This document shows, piece after piece, positions 1-12,700 of a stretch of 64,000 nt of DNA. The notes beneath the pieces were generated by a model that ran no database searches, had not been told where the DNA came from, and was given only the letters and a program-made list of their open reading frames with translations. A program made the position numbers and the translations under genes. The stretch is from Hydrolagus colliei (lineage: Eukaryota): the NCBI GenBank assembly GCA_035084275.1, contig CM068769.1:620001-684000 (forward strand). Direction: 5' to 3'. Positions within the stretch are counted from its first letter, which is position 1. The number at the start of each line of letters is the position of its first letter.

Positions 1-67
1 AAAAGGAATCGAACCCTGTTCCTACCGAGTTAAGTGCTGCAACCAATATGGCACATAACGCCACAAG

Positions 68-105
68 GGTTTTTGTACGGGTGTCTCGGTGATGCCTTCG
101 CTGTG
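68..105 (-). other. V RSS (CACAGCG-22-ACAAAAACC)
   Basis: Heptamer 99-105, spacer 77-98, nonamer 68-76. Confidence 0.9.
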
Positions 106-1243
106 GGCCTCATTGCACAAACATGGGCAGCGGTGTCGCTGAGCTGGAGGTTGTCGATCTTGAACTGGAAATGTTTCTTAGAGGAATCCATCAGGGCAGA
201 GAAGCGTTCCTAACTGATATTCTTCCCGTAGGAATGCCTTTGGATGAGGAAAGCGGGCCCTTCACTGCGGCGCTGGCGGTAAAGCAGCACTGAGATGCTG
301 TCACTAGTCGTGGAGACATTACAGCTGATAGTCAGTGAGGCGCCTTCGAAACGCCAGGCTGCTTTCGGGCTCTGCCTCACCGAATCTCCATCACGGATTC
401 CTACAGGAAACAATTGTGTAATTCAGTGTTGAAACGATTAATACTAAGTTAGAAAACAAACGCTATTATGGGCCACATTTCATAGAGTATATGTCGTTCC
501 TGTAGCTCACAGGTTGGAGCACTCGCCTTACAAACGTGAGACCTTTGTTCACATGCAGGCAGATCAGGAAGAGACTTTGGGCGAGTTTCCTTACTCCACA
601 TGCGCGACTAATAATAATCCCTCCGAAAAAACACAATATTGTGAGGAAATCTGGTCATTTGCAACGCACGACTGTTTGTGGGAACGCTGCTGTGTGCAAT
701 TGGCTGCCACGTTTCGCCAACAACTATAAAGTCAATTCACTCTAATGTATAATCTGTGAAGCGCTTCGAGCCGCCGATAAGAGGTGAAAAGCGCTACATC
801 AAATCAACGGATATAATTACTGTATACTATGACACACTTTGAGACGCTTTTAGAATGTCTTCACCCACGGGGATATTTTGTTCTACAAGATGAATGTCTG
901 TAAGAATTTGTCAGTCATTTGAAAATTAAATTGCATCGTCCTTCAAATGAAAACGTCTACTAATAATCATCCTTAAAATTTATATAGCGCTTTGCACGTT
1001 TTCTAGACGTCATTAAGCTCTTCACAGAATATATTTTAAAGTGAATTAACTGCAGATTTGTGGGTAAATGTTGACAGCGAATTGGGCCCAGCAATGTTAA
1101 AGTGAGCAGGGTTAAAGGAGACTCTGTTTAGAGATGACCCGTGGTACTAGCGTTGACTGGATGGATGTCGGTAATGATATCTAGATTAATTAACCATGTA
1201 GTGAGAATGCGATGGCTGCGGAGAGCAAATATCCCAACTGCAT
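106..1243 (-). pseudogene. TCR alpha/delta V segment, pseudogene (in-frame stop); family A
   Basis: Leader exon 1195-1243 (MQLGYLLSAAIAFSLH, phase-1 GT donor). V exon 106-400 reads GDSVRQSP...LTISC...LLYRQ...S*ERFSAL...DTAAHVCAMRP with TAG at 210-212; Trp41 is Leu. Paralog of the V at 61912. Confidence 0.9.
498..800 (+). mobile_element. tRNA-headed Deu-domain SINE with L2-like tail
   Basis: Head gtagctca..ggttggagcactcgccttacaa; core cacgactgtttgtgggaacgctgctgtgtgcaattggctgcc resembles the Deu domain of SacSINE1/AmnSINE1; tail gtgaaaagcgctac. Lies in the V intron. Confidence 0.8.
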
Positions 1244-1629
1244 TGCGTTCAGACACCACAATCAGCGTTTATGTCTCTGCTACTCTTGACACCGTGTGAC
1301 ACTGATGCCAAAGGTATAGCTGAGAATCTTTTGTGATGTTGTCTCTTATCTGTGCGTCAATATCTCGTACCTCGAGCTGCTGTGGGCGTGCAGGACTGCT
1401 CCTTTCAGATTCAGGCTTAATCGTGTACATTTGCTCCTGAGTATACACACCCACAAATTACACAGTCAATTCACTTTACAGTATAGTCATTGAGAAATAT
1501 TAATGGTAAGGCGATTGATCAGATGGAAGCATCATTATAATAACGAATTATTTCATCATCAAACGCTCTCGCCTTCAGTCTACATTACAAACTTGAAACT
1601 TTATATGATCTTATCTTCATTGTAATATT

Positions 1630-2461
1630 TGTGCGTGTTCCTGTTTGATGTGCTGAGGGTGTATTCTGGGGGTTTGTAGGGGTATTGGCGGTAGCAAAAC
1701 AAATATGGATCGTCGCTTATTTTCACTGTATAATTGCACTGCAGATACACATTCTCCCCTTCATTCACTGTCACAGTCGCTGGGAGCTGTGTCACCGAGT
1801 CTCCTCCACAATGCCCTGGGAAACACAAACACATCAGCGTTTAATGCAATAATAACATAAACATACTTGTGTTTGATATAGCATCGTACAGAGTGATCGT
1901 GCCATCTCCAAGCGTTTCACTGACTATATATTGACTCCATTTTGTGGGTGAAAGCGGCAGGCAGTTGAGTGCATCTTTCCAGCACAAACAGTCATGGAAT
2001 AATAATGATAATCCTTGCATTTAGTGTGGCGCTTTTCACTTCTTGGAGTCGTCTCAAAGCGATTCCCAGTGTATACTGTGAAGTGTATTGACTATATTTT
2101 CTTCAGTAGCTGCATTTTGCAAGAGATCAATAGCGTAGTAAAGTGATCTGGCAATCGACTAAAAGATCGTGTACCTACTCACTGCTCGGTAAGCAGATAT
2201 ATCTGTGGGTCTGTTGAAAATGTACACTTGTAGTTTCGCCCAATCCCACCGGGAATCGAACTCAGATCCTTCAGCATGCGAGGCGAGTGTTCTAACCACT
2301 AGCTGTGGGACACCACTTATACACAAGTGGTATAGTATGTTGGTTATTCCATGCAACAAAACTTTAGCTTTGAAGAACATGTAAAGGAATTGCATCTATA
2401 TGGAGTAGGTGTTTGGCTTACCTGCGAAGGTAATGATGGCGGCTGCCACATATGTGTACAT
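1630..2461 (-). pseudogene. TCR V pseudogene, 3' half and RSS deleted; family B
   Basis: Leader 2422-2461 (MYTYVAAAIITFA). Exon from 1815: GHCGGDSVTQLPATVTVNEGENVYLQCNY...LFCYRQYPYKPPEY; homology stops near 1630; Trp41 is Cys; no RSS. Confidence 0.85.
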
Positions 2462-3232
2462 TGTCACCTGTGTTAATGGCACCCTGTGTTGAGGAAGCGC
2501 TGGTGGTTTAGTGGGAGAATGTTGGCTGGGAAGCAGTAAGATACCATGAGGAGGACTGAACAGGCAATGACATAAACAGGTTGCCATACACTGTGAGTGA
2601 GCTGGTCTGAGATTGATGTACAACCTTTGTTTCTCTGTCACTGGGCGTCATCTTCACTGCTCTGCCATCTCGCTCCTCCATTGGCTCTCTTCTAACACTG
2701 ACAAGCCTTTGATCAGCTGGATGGCAGACACCTGCAGCAAGATAGATCGATAGATGCATTACATGACGTCCAAACACATACATGAGTTCCACACGTCTGT
2801 ACAATCTGCGCACTCATGTAGTTTAATGGTATCAACACTCGCCTAACAAGCACTTTGCCTGCGTTTGATGCCTGCCAGAGCGATACGTTGGTCAAGTTTA
2901 CTTACTCAACACCCCGACCGAGGTTCACCGAGAGTAAGTAGGATTACGGTTGATAATGGATTAAAGAGCAACTTTCCAGGGAAACAATCTCTCCCAGCAT
3001 AGGGAACTCGATCCGCGTCCGTGTATAGGACAATGCTGTGCCGAACTGAATGCCTCGTTTTGCCTGCAAAACAAAAAGTAAGTACATTTTACATTGTANN
3101 NNNNNNNNNNNNNNNNNNNNNNNNNNNNNNNNNNNNNNNNNNNNNNNNNNNNNNNNNNNNNNNNNNNNNNNNNNNNNNNNNNNNNNNNNNNNNNNNNNNN
3201 NNNNNNNNNNNNNNNNNNNNNNNNNNNNNNNN

Positions 3233-3520
3233 GTAGGAGGAGGTGCTCAGAGGAACTCCCACAGTGTGTGTGTATGGGGTTAGATGATTCCTTTATTTGT
3301 GTTGATCCCGTTCCTCACATCAAAAGCTCTCAAGAATCTCGCACCACCCTACATTCGTGACTTCCTATCCCTCCTATCTCTTTACCAAACTGCCCGCTCC
3401 CTTCTTTCGGCTGGATCTGACCTGCTCTACGTCCCAAGACCGACCCTCCCAACCAATCGCGGGCGAACCTTCAACCACTCTACCCCCAATATCTGGAAAT
3501 CCATCCCGAATTCATTCCGC
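3233..3520 (+). mobile_element. L2 LINE 3' ORF2 fragment
   Basis: SKALKNLAPPYIRDFL...RSLLSAGSDLL matches the C-terminus of the L2 at 10045-10200. Confidence 0.7.
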
Positions 3521-3634
3521 CACAGTTTGCACTGAAGTGAATTGACTGTATGCGCTACTATATAAACGTGGCAAGCCACTTCCTCTATTTTGCAAACCTA
3601 GTACTTTACACATTGAACTGCAGTCACCTTAGCA

Positions 3635-3673
3635 TGTTTTTGTACAGGTCCTTCGTAAACACACATCACTGTG
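3635..3673 (-). other. V RSS (CACAGTG-23-ACAAAAACA)
   Basis: Heptamer 3667-3673, nonamer 3635-3643. Confidence 0.95.
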
Positions 3674-4117
3674 CTCTCCGCACAGAAGTAAGTGGCGGAG
3701 TCAGACACTCGCACGTCTCCGATCGATAACGTGCTGTTTGTTCCAACAGTCAAAGCATTTATCCTGTCCTGCTGCTTCATCGCTCTCGATCCCAACACCA
3801 AGTAAATGATGGAGCCGTTTCCATGCTGTTTGTACCATTGAAACGCTGGGCTGGACACTGTGGTGCTGCACTTCATAATTACATTCCCATTTTCATTCTC
3901 TGTCAGAGTCTGAGGTCTCTGTGACACTTCACTTTCAGCCAAGACACCTGGGGACATAGAATATTATTGGATAGTAATTCATAAAATGTCTGCAATAAAA
4001 TTTGTAATTATGTAGCAGGCAAAACAGAATGCGTGTGTCCAATCTGATACTCTACTTACACAAGATTGTTGCAATTAAATAAAAAATTATATATGGTGCA
4101 TTAAAATCCTGCTTCAT
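3674..4117 (-). CDS. TCR alpha/delta V segment, apparently functional; family C
   Basis: Leader 4060-4117 (MKQDFNAPYIIFYLIATIL). V exon 3674-3947 with C23 (MKC), W41 (FQWYKQ) and DSATYFC; open frame; canonical RSS. Confidence 0.92.
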
Positions 4118-5056
4118 TCTCAAGTCTTTTCTATTCGCGTCAAAATGTCTTATTGATGTACAGTGGGAAATCAGCTACAGGCTGATCAATGTTTGCAATT
4201 TTTTGTGGAACGAAGTTAGCCATGCAGATTATAAGTAGATTCTCAGTGACACCTTCACACACTTCTCACTTCCTGTATGTTTGCTTCTGCAGAATTCATT
4301 CGCCAATTGGCTAGCCACTTGCTGCTGGTTAGCGGAGGTTTGCATGTGTGTGAAGTTAGCAATCGTGACTTATGTTTCTCCCACCCTAATTGGTTCCCAA
4401 TCAGGCGATAGGTTGGGCAAATATACTTACTCCATACACGCACACCTCATTTTAGTTTACAATAAGGAGGAAAACGCAGCTTAGTCCATTTGTGGTTCAC
4501 TTTGCTGGGGATAATATTGCCCATCTCCAATATGTTCTACATCAAAGGCAAGCAACACTAAAATAATCATTAATATTGATAGTATAATTACTACCATTAT
4601 TATTAATATCGCTGTCCAGTCATCTATGTAATTATTTGTACGCCTTGAAGCATATAAACAATATAATTCTTCTGCACCTAAGTTTAATTAATTGTTGTCA
4701 GTTTTATCGTGTTCCCAATCTACACTGAAACAAACTAACTTACTGTAGTTACCAAAATCCAATGCAATTGTTAACAAAGTGACATCCGCTAGAATGCGGA
4801 TGCTTATGTTGGAGAAAGGCAATAAGATGAATATATGACATCCCTATTACTTTTCGAGCAAACTAAGCGTTGCGATTGTCATGGTTACGGCTTAGACAAA
4901 CCTTTGAACATTTCAGCAGAAGCAGCAATAATACGTACGATTTAACCAATGTGGACTGTAACAGGAAGCACCTGTTATAGCTGTCAAGGTAGATTGACAC
5001 AGAATGGAACGTGGCAAGCTATGTCAATTGCAGATGATGTTATATGTGTGTTTTGT

Positions 5057-5073
5057 CTGCCATCTGCTGGTGG
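5057..5073 (-). promoter_or_regulatory. CTCF-like motif CCAGCAGATGGCAG
   Basis: Matches the CCASYAGRKGGC core; conserved in the paralogous element at 61068-61085. Confidence 0.55.
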
Positions 5074-5429
5074 ACTGTAGCTACTGCACGAGCATAATTT
5101 AAAAGCAAGAGTTTTTTTTTGGTCCCTACATAACGTTCCTGGACCTATTGTCTCCAATGGAAATTGATAGCTTAATTCCATTTACATGCTTTTTCCTCGT
5201 ATTGTTTGTGCTTTAATGGGACACTCGAATTCATTCTCATTCTAAGTCTCTTACTATGACATATCCCTGATAATTGTTTCTCCACTTTAATTCTATTCCT
5301 TGCTCTGATCCTGTAAACGTTGATTAAATTTGGTTCACCTTGAGCTGGCATTCACCGTTTACATGACAGCAGCACAATAGTTACATGTGTGTGGCACTAT
5401 TCATTTGGCGATGATGTCACAATGCAGTG

Positions 5430-5990
5430 TAGTTACTACTACTTCAACAAAGGATTCACATTTGGGACGTCCTCCCGACGTGACAGGCACTATGTAAGTA
5501 CAATGTTGTTGCTGTTGTTCACGTCGGATGGACGTCCGAAGCCGCTGACCAGTCAGCTCGGGAACTGAGCAATGGAGAGTGCAGGGTAGTGGGGAGGGTC
5601 GTGAGGGAGGTGACACTGGAGGGCGAGAGTTAGCAGCGAATGGACAGAGTGAGCAGGGCAGGAGAAGGCACGGTCGAAGAGTAGCGTCTTGAGACCGACA
5701 TTGAAGGAGGCTTTGGAGGCGGGCAGGTAGTCAGTCGAAGGGACTGTGGGAAGGAGTTCCAGAGAGCAGCGAATTAAAATCCTTCCACCGATAATAGGGC
5801 GGGTCAGGCGGGGGACAAGGAGCAGATCGGATCCCGCTGAACGGAGGGGGAGTGGAGATTAATGGTACGACAGCAGATCGGAGAGCTGGTGGTTTGTAGG
5901 GGTGGCGAGGGGTTGGATCACGGGGCTGGCAAGGTCGTGCATGGCCTTAAAGGTGTGGAGGAGGATTTTGAATTGGAAAACTGCATGAGA
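5430..5990 (-). mobile_element. L2 LINE 3' end fragment
   Basis: ctcttcgaccgtgcc motif and (ttg)n-type tail shared with the other L2 copies. Confidence 0.7.
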
Positions 5991-6485
5991 ATTGACAAAC
6001 AATCTGCATTTTTATTTTTGTCACATAAATAATAAACTTTGTCCTCAATTCCTATTGCGTCATGGACCAACACAATCATGTCTTCAGTCTCTGTTTTTTT
6101 TCGAACCATTGATTGAACCTGTTGTATCTGCACATCCAGAACTGGTGTCACCTCTAAGCCACAGATGTCAAGCAGAGCATTGTTCATCGAAAAGCCCAAC
6201 AAACCAGGACCTTTGAATTTATGTCAGTGACAATAATATGATTATGTTTTATACACAAATTAATACTAGCATTTGACTAAGCACCATATCACATATTTTA
6301 CAGTAATTTGTACCAATGGAAAACGAATGTACAAATCAACTCACAAACAGGTTTGAATTTAATACTGGGTAAACGGTGCAGATTAAGAAAACTTCAACAC
6401 AGATTCGTTCTGCATGGAATTGAACCCAGTTTCCTCGCTGGCGATATGAGTGCTCTAAAAACTGAGCTATATAACTACACTGGGC

Positions 6486-6524
6486 AGTTTTTGTAGGGCG
6501 GAAGCGCTGATCTGTGTCTCTGTA
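6486..6524 (-). other. V RSS with defective heptamer (TACAGAG-23-ACAAAAACT)
   Basis: Heptamer 6518-6524 lacks the first C; nonamer 6486-6494. Confidence 0.85.
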
Positions 6525-7364
6525 GGGCTCATTTCACAGTAATACAGCGCCGAGTCATTAACTCTCACTTCAGTTATATTTATCGGGACAGTTCTTCCCA
6601 CTTTATCCACCATCGTTGAGAATCGTTTGTTTGTAAAGTCGGCGTATTGTGGTCTATTGCTAGTGGACGTCGAAAGGATATTTTCTGGGGCTGTGTTTGG
6701 ATAATGGCGGTACCAGAACAGATAAAGAATGCTTGTGCCTGTAGCTGTATAATTACACCTCTGATACACATCCTCCCCTTCCTTCACTGTCACGGTAGAT
6801 TGGAGCTGCGTCACAGAGTCTCCTCCACAATATCCTGGAAATCAGACACATGTCAGCGTTCCGTAGAATAACACCAATAACAAGAATAATGTAGGCATAT
6901 GACAAAACTACATCTTGCGTCTTCATGTTAATTAAACGTTTACTACTGAATGTAGTTTAACGCATACTGTCGGTTTACTTTACGGTCGAAACGTAGTAGA
7001 CATTTGTACACAATAGTGTTCCACAAACAGTCGTGGATTGAGTAACTGTATTAACATTATCAGTATCACATATTGACAGATAATTACCCCCCAATAAAGC
7101 AATCGGCCAACGGACCATATTCGAAATTACTTCCCAGGAATCACAGCAATGCGTGATGAGTGACAAAACTTGCCTAATGTTTCGCGCTGTCCGTGCCGTG
7201 GAAGGATCCCAGATAATCTCGATTGTGACAGCTCTATAAAGCTTGTTGTGTATTCATTATGTTAACCAATAAACACTGGATAATAAGTTCAGTTGGCTGA
7301 CTATACAATGAGTGTATGGCTTACCTGACAAGGCAGTGATGGCTGCTGCCACATATATATACAT
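6525..7364 (-). CDS. TCR V segment, intact frame but non-canonical RSS heptamer; family B
   Basis: Leader 7325-7364 (MYIYVAAAITALS). V exon 6525-6834 with QRC, LFWYRH and DSALYYC. Confidence 0.9.
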
Positions 7365-8523
7365 TGCCGTGTATATGTAAAGGGCGCTGATAGTTTAGTT
7401 GGAGAATGTAGGCCGGGAAGCGGTAATATACCGTGAGGAGAGCTGAACACTAAATGACAAAGAGGGAGCAGGTCTGAGGTTATGTACACACCTTGCGTTT
7501 CTGTCAATGTGCGTCATCCTCTCTGCTCTGCCATCTCGCTTCACCATTGGTTCTCTGCCATCACTGACGTGTCTTTGATCCACCGGGTGTCTGACACGTA
7601 GCAATATGGTTGTTAGTCAACCAGTGAGTACGAGACACTTTAACTCCATTTTTCAACTCGGTGTTCAGAGCACTAGATTTTCAAGTGTGTTCGAGTGCAC
7701 GCAGAACAGGGCGAAAGCTTGGACAAGTTTCATTACACCACACACATGCCTAGTACTAATCCGTGCAACAAAACCCATCACAATAATAGAATTGGTGATT
7801 TCAATCCACGATTGTTTGTGGGTCTGGCAGCCGCGTTTCGCCCACAAATATACAGTCAGTTCACTTTACAGTGTACTCTGTGAAGCGCTTTAAGACTTCG
7901 ATAAGATGTGAAAAGCGCTGTATCAAGTGCAAGAATTATTCTTCTTATTATTAATTAATGTTTCTTTCCAGGGGCATTATTCTATTGTTAAATAAGTAAC
8001 TGAAAACACGTCTGTCTGTGGGACAATCCTGTTGTGTACGTTTGGTTGACAATCGAGTGATAATGTTTCTTGAATGGATTACCATCCTGCAAAAGTCGAC
8101 ATGCTAATTGACTATTAAATGGGTCCCTACTCACACTTCGGCAAACAGACAACAATACGAATAATCTATGCGTTCGACATAGTGCCTTACCACGTCATCG
8201 AGACGTCGAGGAGCGCTTCCCTGGTTGCAATGTGCTTTGCGTTTTACTGTATATGTTATCGGATAAATGCGGCACATACCTGCGCACAGCTGTGTCTCGC
8301 AAAAAGTCGGAGATTGAAGTGATCATTTTAATTTGGAATTATGACACGCGGAAAAGCCATCCACTATTAGAATAATAAACTGATTCCTATTAACTCCTAT
8401 CTACTCAGAAGCGTGTGGTGCTAGAAAATAATGACCGAGTTTTGTGCCTGCTGGGATACGAACCAGCAATTTTATCGTTTGTGAAACGCGTGCTTTAATC
8501 ATTGAGCTACAGCAGCCTCAGCA

Positions 8524-8562
8524 TGTTTTTGTACAGGCTCCTCTCAGACACGCAGCACTGTG
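8524..8562 (-). other. V RSS (CACAGTG-23-ACAAAAACA)
   Basis: Heptamer 8556-8562, nonamer 8524-8532. Confidence 0.95.
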
Positions 8563-9025
8563 CTCTCTGCTGCACAGAAGTAAATGGCCGTGTCTGTCAC
8601 TCGCACGTCTCTGATTGTCAGTGTGCTGTTCTTCGCTTTTGTATCAGCCAAAGCACTTATCCTCTGCTCCGCCTTTTCCTCTCTTTTTCCCAACACCAAT
8701 AACGCTATGGAGCCGTTTCCATACTGTTTGTACCATTGGAAGTTGCGGACTTCTACATTGGTCCTGCATTCTATAAATACATTTCCAGTTTCGTTCGCTG
8801 CCATGGACAGAGGTCTCTGTGTCACTTCGCTTTCAGCCAAAACACCTGCGAAATACAAATGAAGAATCTAGGAGAGAAAGTTGGGGAAAACAAACACCAC
8901 CATCGACAAATTTTATGATTTCACAGTAAAGCAAAGATGTGATTCTCCCAATAAATAGTTTGCTTACATAGCAGTGTTGTCATTAACTTTACAAATATAT
9001 ATATTGGATTCAAATTCGGTTTCAT
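8563..9025 (-). CDS. TCR alpha/delta V segment, apparently functional; family C
   Basis: Leader 8968-9025 (MKPNLNPIYIFVKLMTTLL). V exon 8563-8845 with IEC, FQWYKQ and DTAIYFCAAES; canonical RSS. Confidence 0.92.
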
Positions 9026-9734
9026 TCTCTGGTTGGAACGTTACGAGCGTTCGGCAAGGTTGACTGGAGTCGTTAGCTGTGCAGATGGTAATTATATTCT
9101 CGATCACGGCTTCACCCACAGCTCACTTCCGGCATGTTTGCTTGTGGTAAATTGTGCATTCATTAGTAGACTTTCATCAGTGCTCATGCTTACTGCTGGG
9201 TAAACAGTGCCATGTGTGTGGATGAAAGTAACCGTGCGCAGACTTTCTGCTTAGTCGAGCAGGGAATACAAGTCCATATCTGCACTTACCAAAGCCAATT
9301 TCTGGGTGAGCGTCACGACAGTTGGAACTCAAAACATTCCTATTGCTACAACCACCCCATTCGTCAGGGTTTTGGCTTGCAGGATTAATAGGAGCAGAGT
9401 GGAATGACTCCACTTTAATCGTGACTTGTCTGCTCTTCTAGGTTCTACTGATGAACCAGCCTGGTCTACCCTGTCATCCGCAGTTTCGTGAAATAATGCG
9501 AACTTGTCTACCTAAAGAACATGTCTACCACTGCAACTGGACTAGAGACCGTCGCAGATAGATGGATAAATTCTGATATTCCGTTACAAAATTCAAGATA
9601 ATCTGCCGTAAGAACTGCTTCCCTCGCATAAGTAGGAGAAGTGATTTAGCTCAGACTATTGTGGACATTTACATAGTACAAAGGCACCCTCTTTCGGCAG
9701 TAAAGCGCTACTGCGTTTTTTCATTTTTTATTGA

Positions 9735-12700
9735 GTAACAACAACAACAACAAATTACATTTATAAAGCGCATTTAACGTCGTTGGGACGTCCCAAGGCG
9801 CAGCACAGGAGGCGTGTGATCCGAGCTGGGAGGTGAGTGTACGCGGAGGGGTGAAACACGTAGGGGAGGTCGAAAAATTCTGAGTGGAACAAAAGGCACG
9901 GTCGAAGAGGAAAGTCTTCAAACCGGCCTTGAAATTGGAAAGGGAAGAAACGAGACGGAGCGATTGAGGGATGGAATTCCATACGCTGGGAGCGGTAAAA
10001 CTGAAGGCCCGTCCTGTGATGGTGGGGCGGTTCGGGCGGGGGTTTTAGAGCAGGTCAAGTACTGCTGAACGGAGGGTCCGAGTGGGATTGTAGGGGGAGA
10101 GTAGATTGGTTAAGTAGGGCGGGGCAAGGCCATGTAAGGCATTGAAGGTGAGGACGAGGATCTTGAATTCGATCCTCTGGAGGATGGGGAGCCAGGGGAG
10201 ACGGGCTAGTGTGGGGGTAAAATGGTCGCGAAACCGGGTGCGGGATAATACACGGGCTGCAGCGATTTGGATAACGTGCAGCCTATGAATGGAGGAGCTG
10301 GGGAGGCCGACGAGGAGAGCGTTTCCGTAGTCCAGCCTTGAGGTAGTGTGTTTGTGCACGAGTGTTTCGGTAGCGTGGGGGGTAAGATAATTGCGGAGCC
10401 TGGCAATATTGCGCAGGTGGAAATAAGCGGTGCCGGTCAAGGCACGCATGTGGGGGAGGAAGGAGAATTTTTGGTCGAACGTGATGCCGAGGTTCCTGAC
10501 TGGCTTTATGAGGTGGAGAGTACAGCCTTGGATTTTGATGCTGGCAGCGCCCGATGTGCGGAGGCGCTGGCTTGTGCCAATCAGCAGGGCCGCGGTTTTA
10601 CTCACGTTCAATTGCAGGAAGTTTTGCCTCGTCCAGGACTCGATGTCGGACAGACACGCTGTCAGAAAATCGATGGCCTGGGGGTTGAGGTATGAGGCAG
10701 AAAGGTACAACTGGGTGTCGTCCGCATACATGTGGAAATTTACCCCATGTTTGCGGATGGCATCGCCCAGAGGGAGCGTATAAATGGTGAAAAGGAGGCG
10801 GCCGAGGACAGAGCCCTGAGGGACGCCGTGAGAAACTGTGCGGAGGTTTGAGGAAAAACACATTGGAAGATACAACGTGTAAACGGTGGGTGAAATAAAA
10901 ATGGAACAATTCAAGGACTGTGCCTTGAAGGTTGAGGTGGGAGGAAAGACGTTGGAGGAGGATGGTGTGATTGACTGCGTCGAACGCAGCAGATAGGTCA
11001 AGGAGGACGAGGAGGCAAAGGGAGCCTGGTCACAGGCGGTTAGGATATCATTTGTAACCTTAACTAGGGCAGATTCTGTGCTGTGAATAGGGCGGAAACC
11101 TGATTGGAGGGGTTCAAGGAGTGAGTGAGTTGAAAGGAAAGAGCGGAGCTGGTAGGCAACCACTCTTTCAAGGACCTTGGATAAAAACGGGAGGTGGGAA
11201 ATGGGTCGATAGCTTGATGGTTGCGACGCATCAAGGGAGGGTTTCTTCAGGATAGGCGTGATGGTGGCGATTTTAAGGGTGATAGGGACGGTACCTGAGG
11301 AGAGGGAAATGCTGATGATGTCAGAAATGAACGGGTCCAAAACGTGGAGCTGGTTGTGGAGTCGGGGGGGTGGATATGGGTTCCACTGAGCATGTGGTGG
11401 GTTTCATGGAGGTGATTATTTTTGTGATTAAAGACGGGTTAGTGGGGTTGAAATTATGAAATAGGGTGTGGGTGGGGGTTGATGAAACGGATGGAGGTGC
11501 GGAGGTGGAGGAGAGGTCGGGGGAGGAATCCGCGGAGCGGAGTTTCTCTATTTTGGACTCGAGGAAGTCCAACATCTCCTTACAAAGTTCGTTTGAGGAG
11601 AGAATCTGCAAACGAGACGGGGGAGCGGAGGAGCTGGTTGGTGGTGGCGACAAGGAGGCGGTGGTTGTCCTTCGCTTCCAGGATTATCGTGGAATATAAA
11701 GCTGATTTGGCGGTGGCTAGGTCGGAGCGGTAAAATTTTATGCGGTCCAGCCAGATTTGCCGGTGGACCGTGAGGCCAGATTTGAGCCAGGTGAGTTCAG
11801 CTGCTCTCACTTGGCTTTTGAGGGAGCGGAGGTTAGTTGTGTACCACGTTGATTATCGGGAGTGGGAGACGGTTGTGGAGGTGAGGGGGGCCAGGTGTCG
11901 AGGCTAGTGGAGAGGGTGTTATGGAGGGCGGTGGTGGCGGATGATGGGTCGGTGCATAAGGAGTGCGACTTTGGGAGGAGGTCGGAGGTTTCGAGGGCAG
12001 AGTTGAAAGTTTGAGGGGGAATCTTCTTCCAGGGATGGTAGAAGATGGTGGTCGGTTTGGAGGTGGAGGGGGGATGGATAGAGGTGTTGAAAGAAATGAA
12101 CAAATGGTCTGAAATGTCGATGATGGTGACGCCAGAGACGTTGATGCCTCGGGTGAACACCAGATCGAGCGGATGTCCATGGGCGCGGGTGGCACTGTTA
12201 ATGTGAAGGGAGAAGTTGAAAGACGAAAGTAAAGAGGAGAATTCAGAGGAAATGGGGTCAGGAGGGAGTGAAATGGGGGTTGACGTCGCCAAGGATGATG
12301 AGGCGATCAGAGGAAACGCAAAGGGAGGTTAAAAGTGAAGAGAAATCTGAAATGAAAGTGGGGGAGGGTTTGGGGGGGCCATGAACTAATAGGATTTTGA
12401 AGGAATTGTGGGAGGAGTGAGAGAGGGTGAACTGTTCTAAAGAGGGGAAAAAACCGGAGGAGTAGAGGGATAGGGCGAGGGATGAATTTGAAACGAGTGC
12501 CACACCACCGCCTCGACGGTTGGGTCGAGGGGCATGGAGGAATTTGTAATTGGGTGGTGTTGCATCTACGAGTGCGAAAGTGTCGCCTAGGGTAATCCCG
12601 GTCTCCGTCAGGGCCATGATGTCAAAGTTCTCAACCAGGATGTGATCGATGATGGCCAGGGTCTTGTTGCAGACAGAGCGGACATTTTGGAGGCCGATGC

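Noticed and set aside
2899-2940. 9-bp inverted repeat with a 24-nt loop
   Set aside because: Short enough to arise by chance and not retained in the paralogous family B upstream regions.
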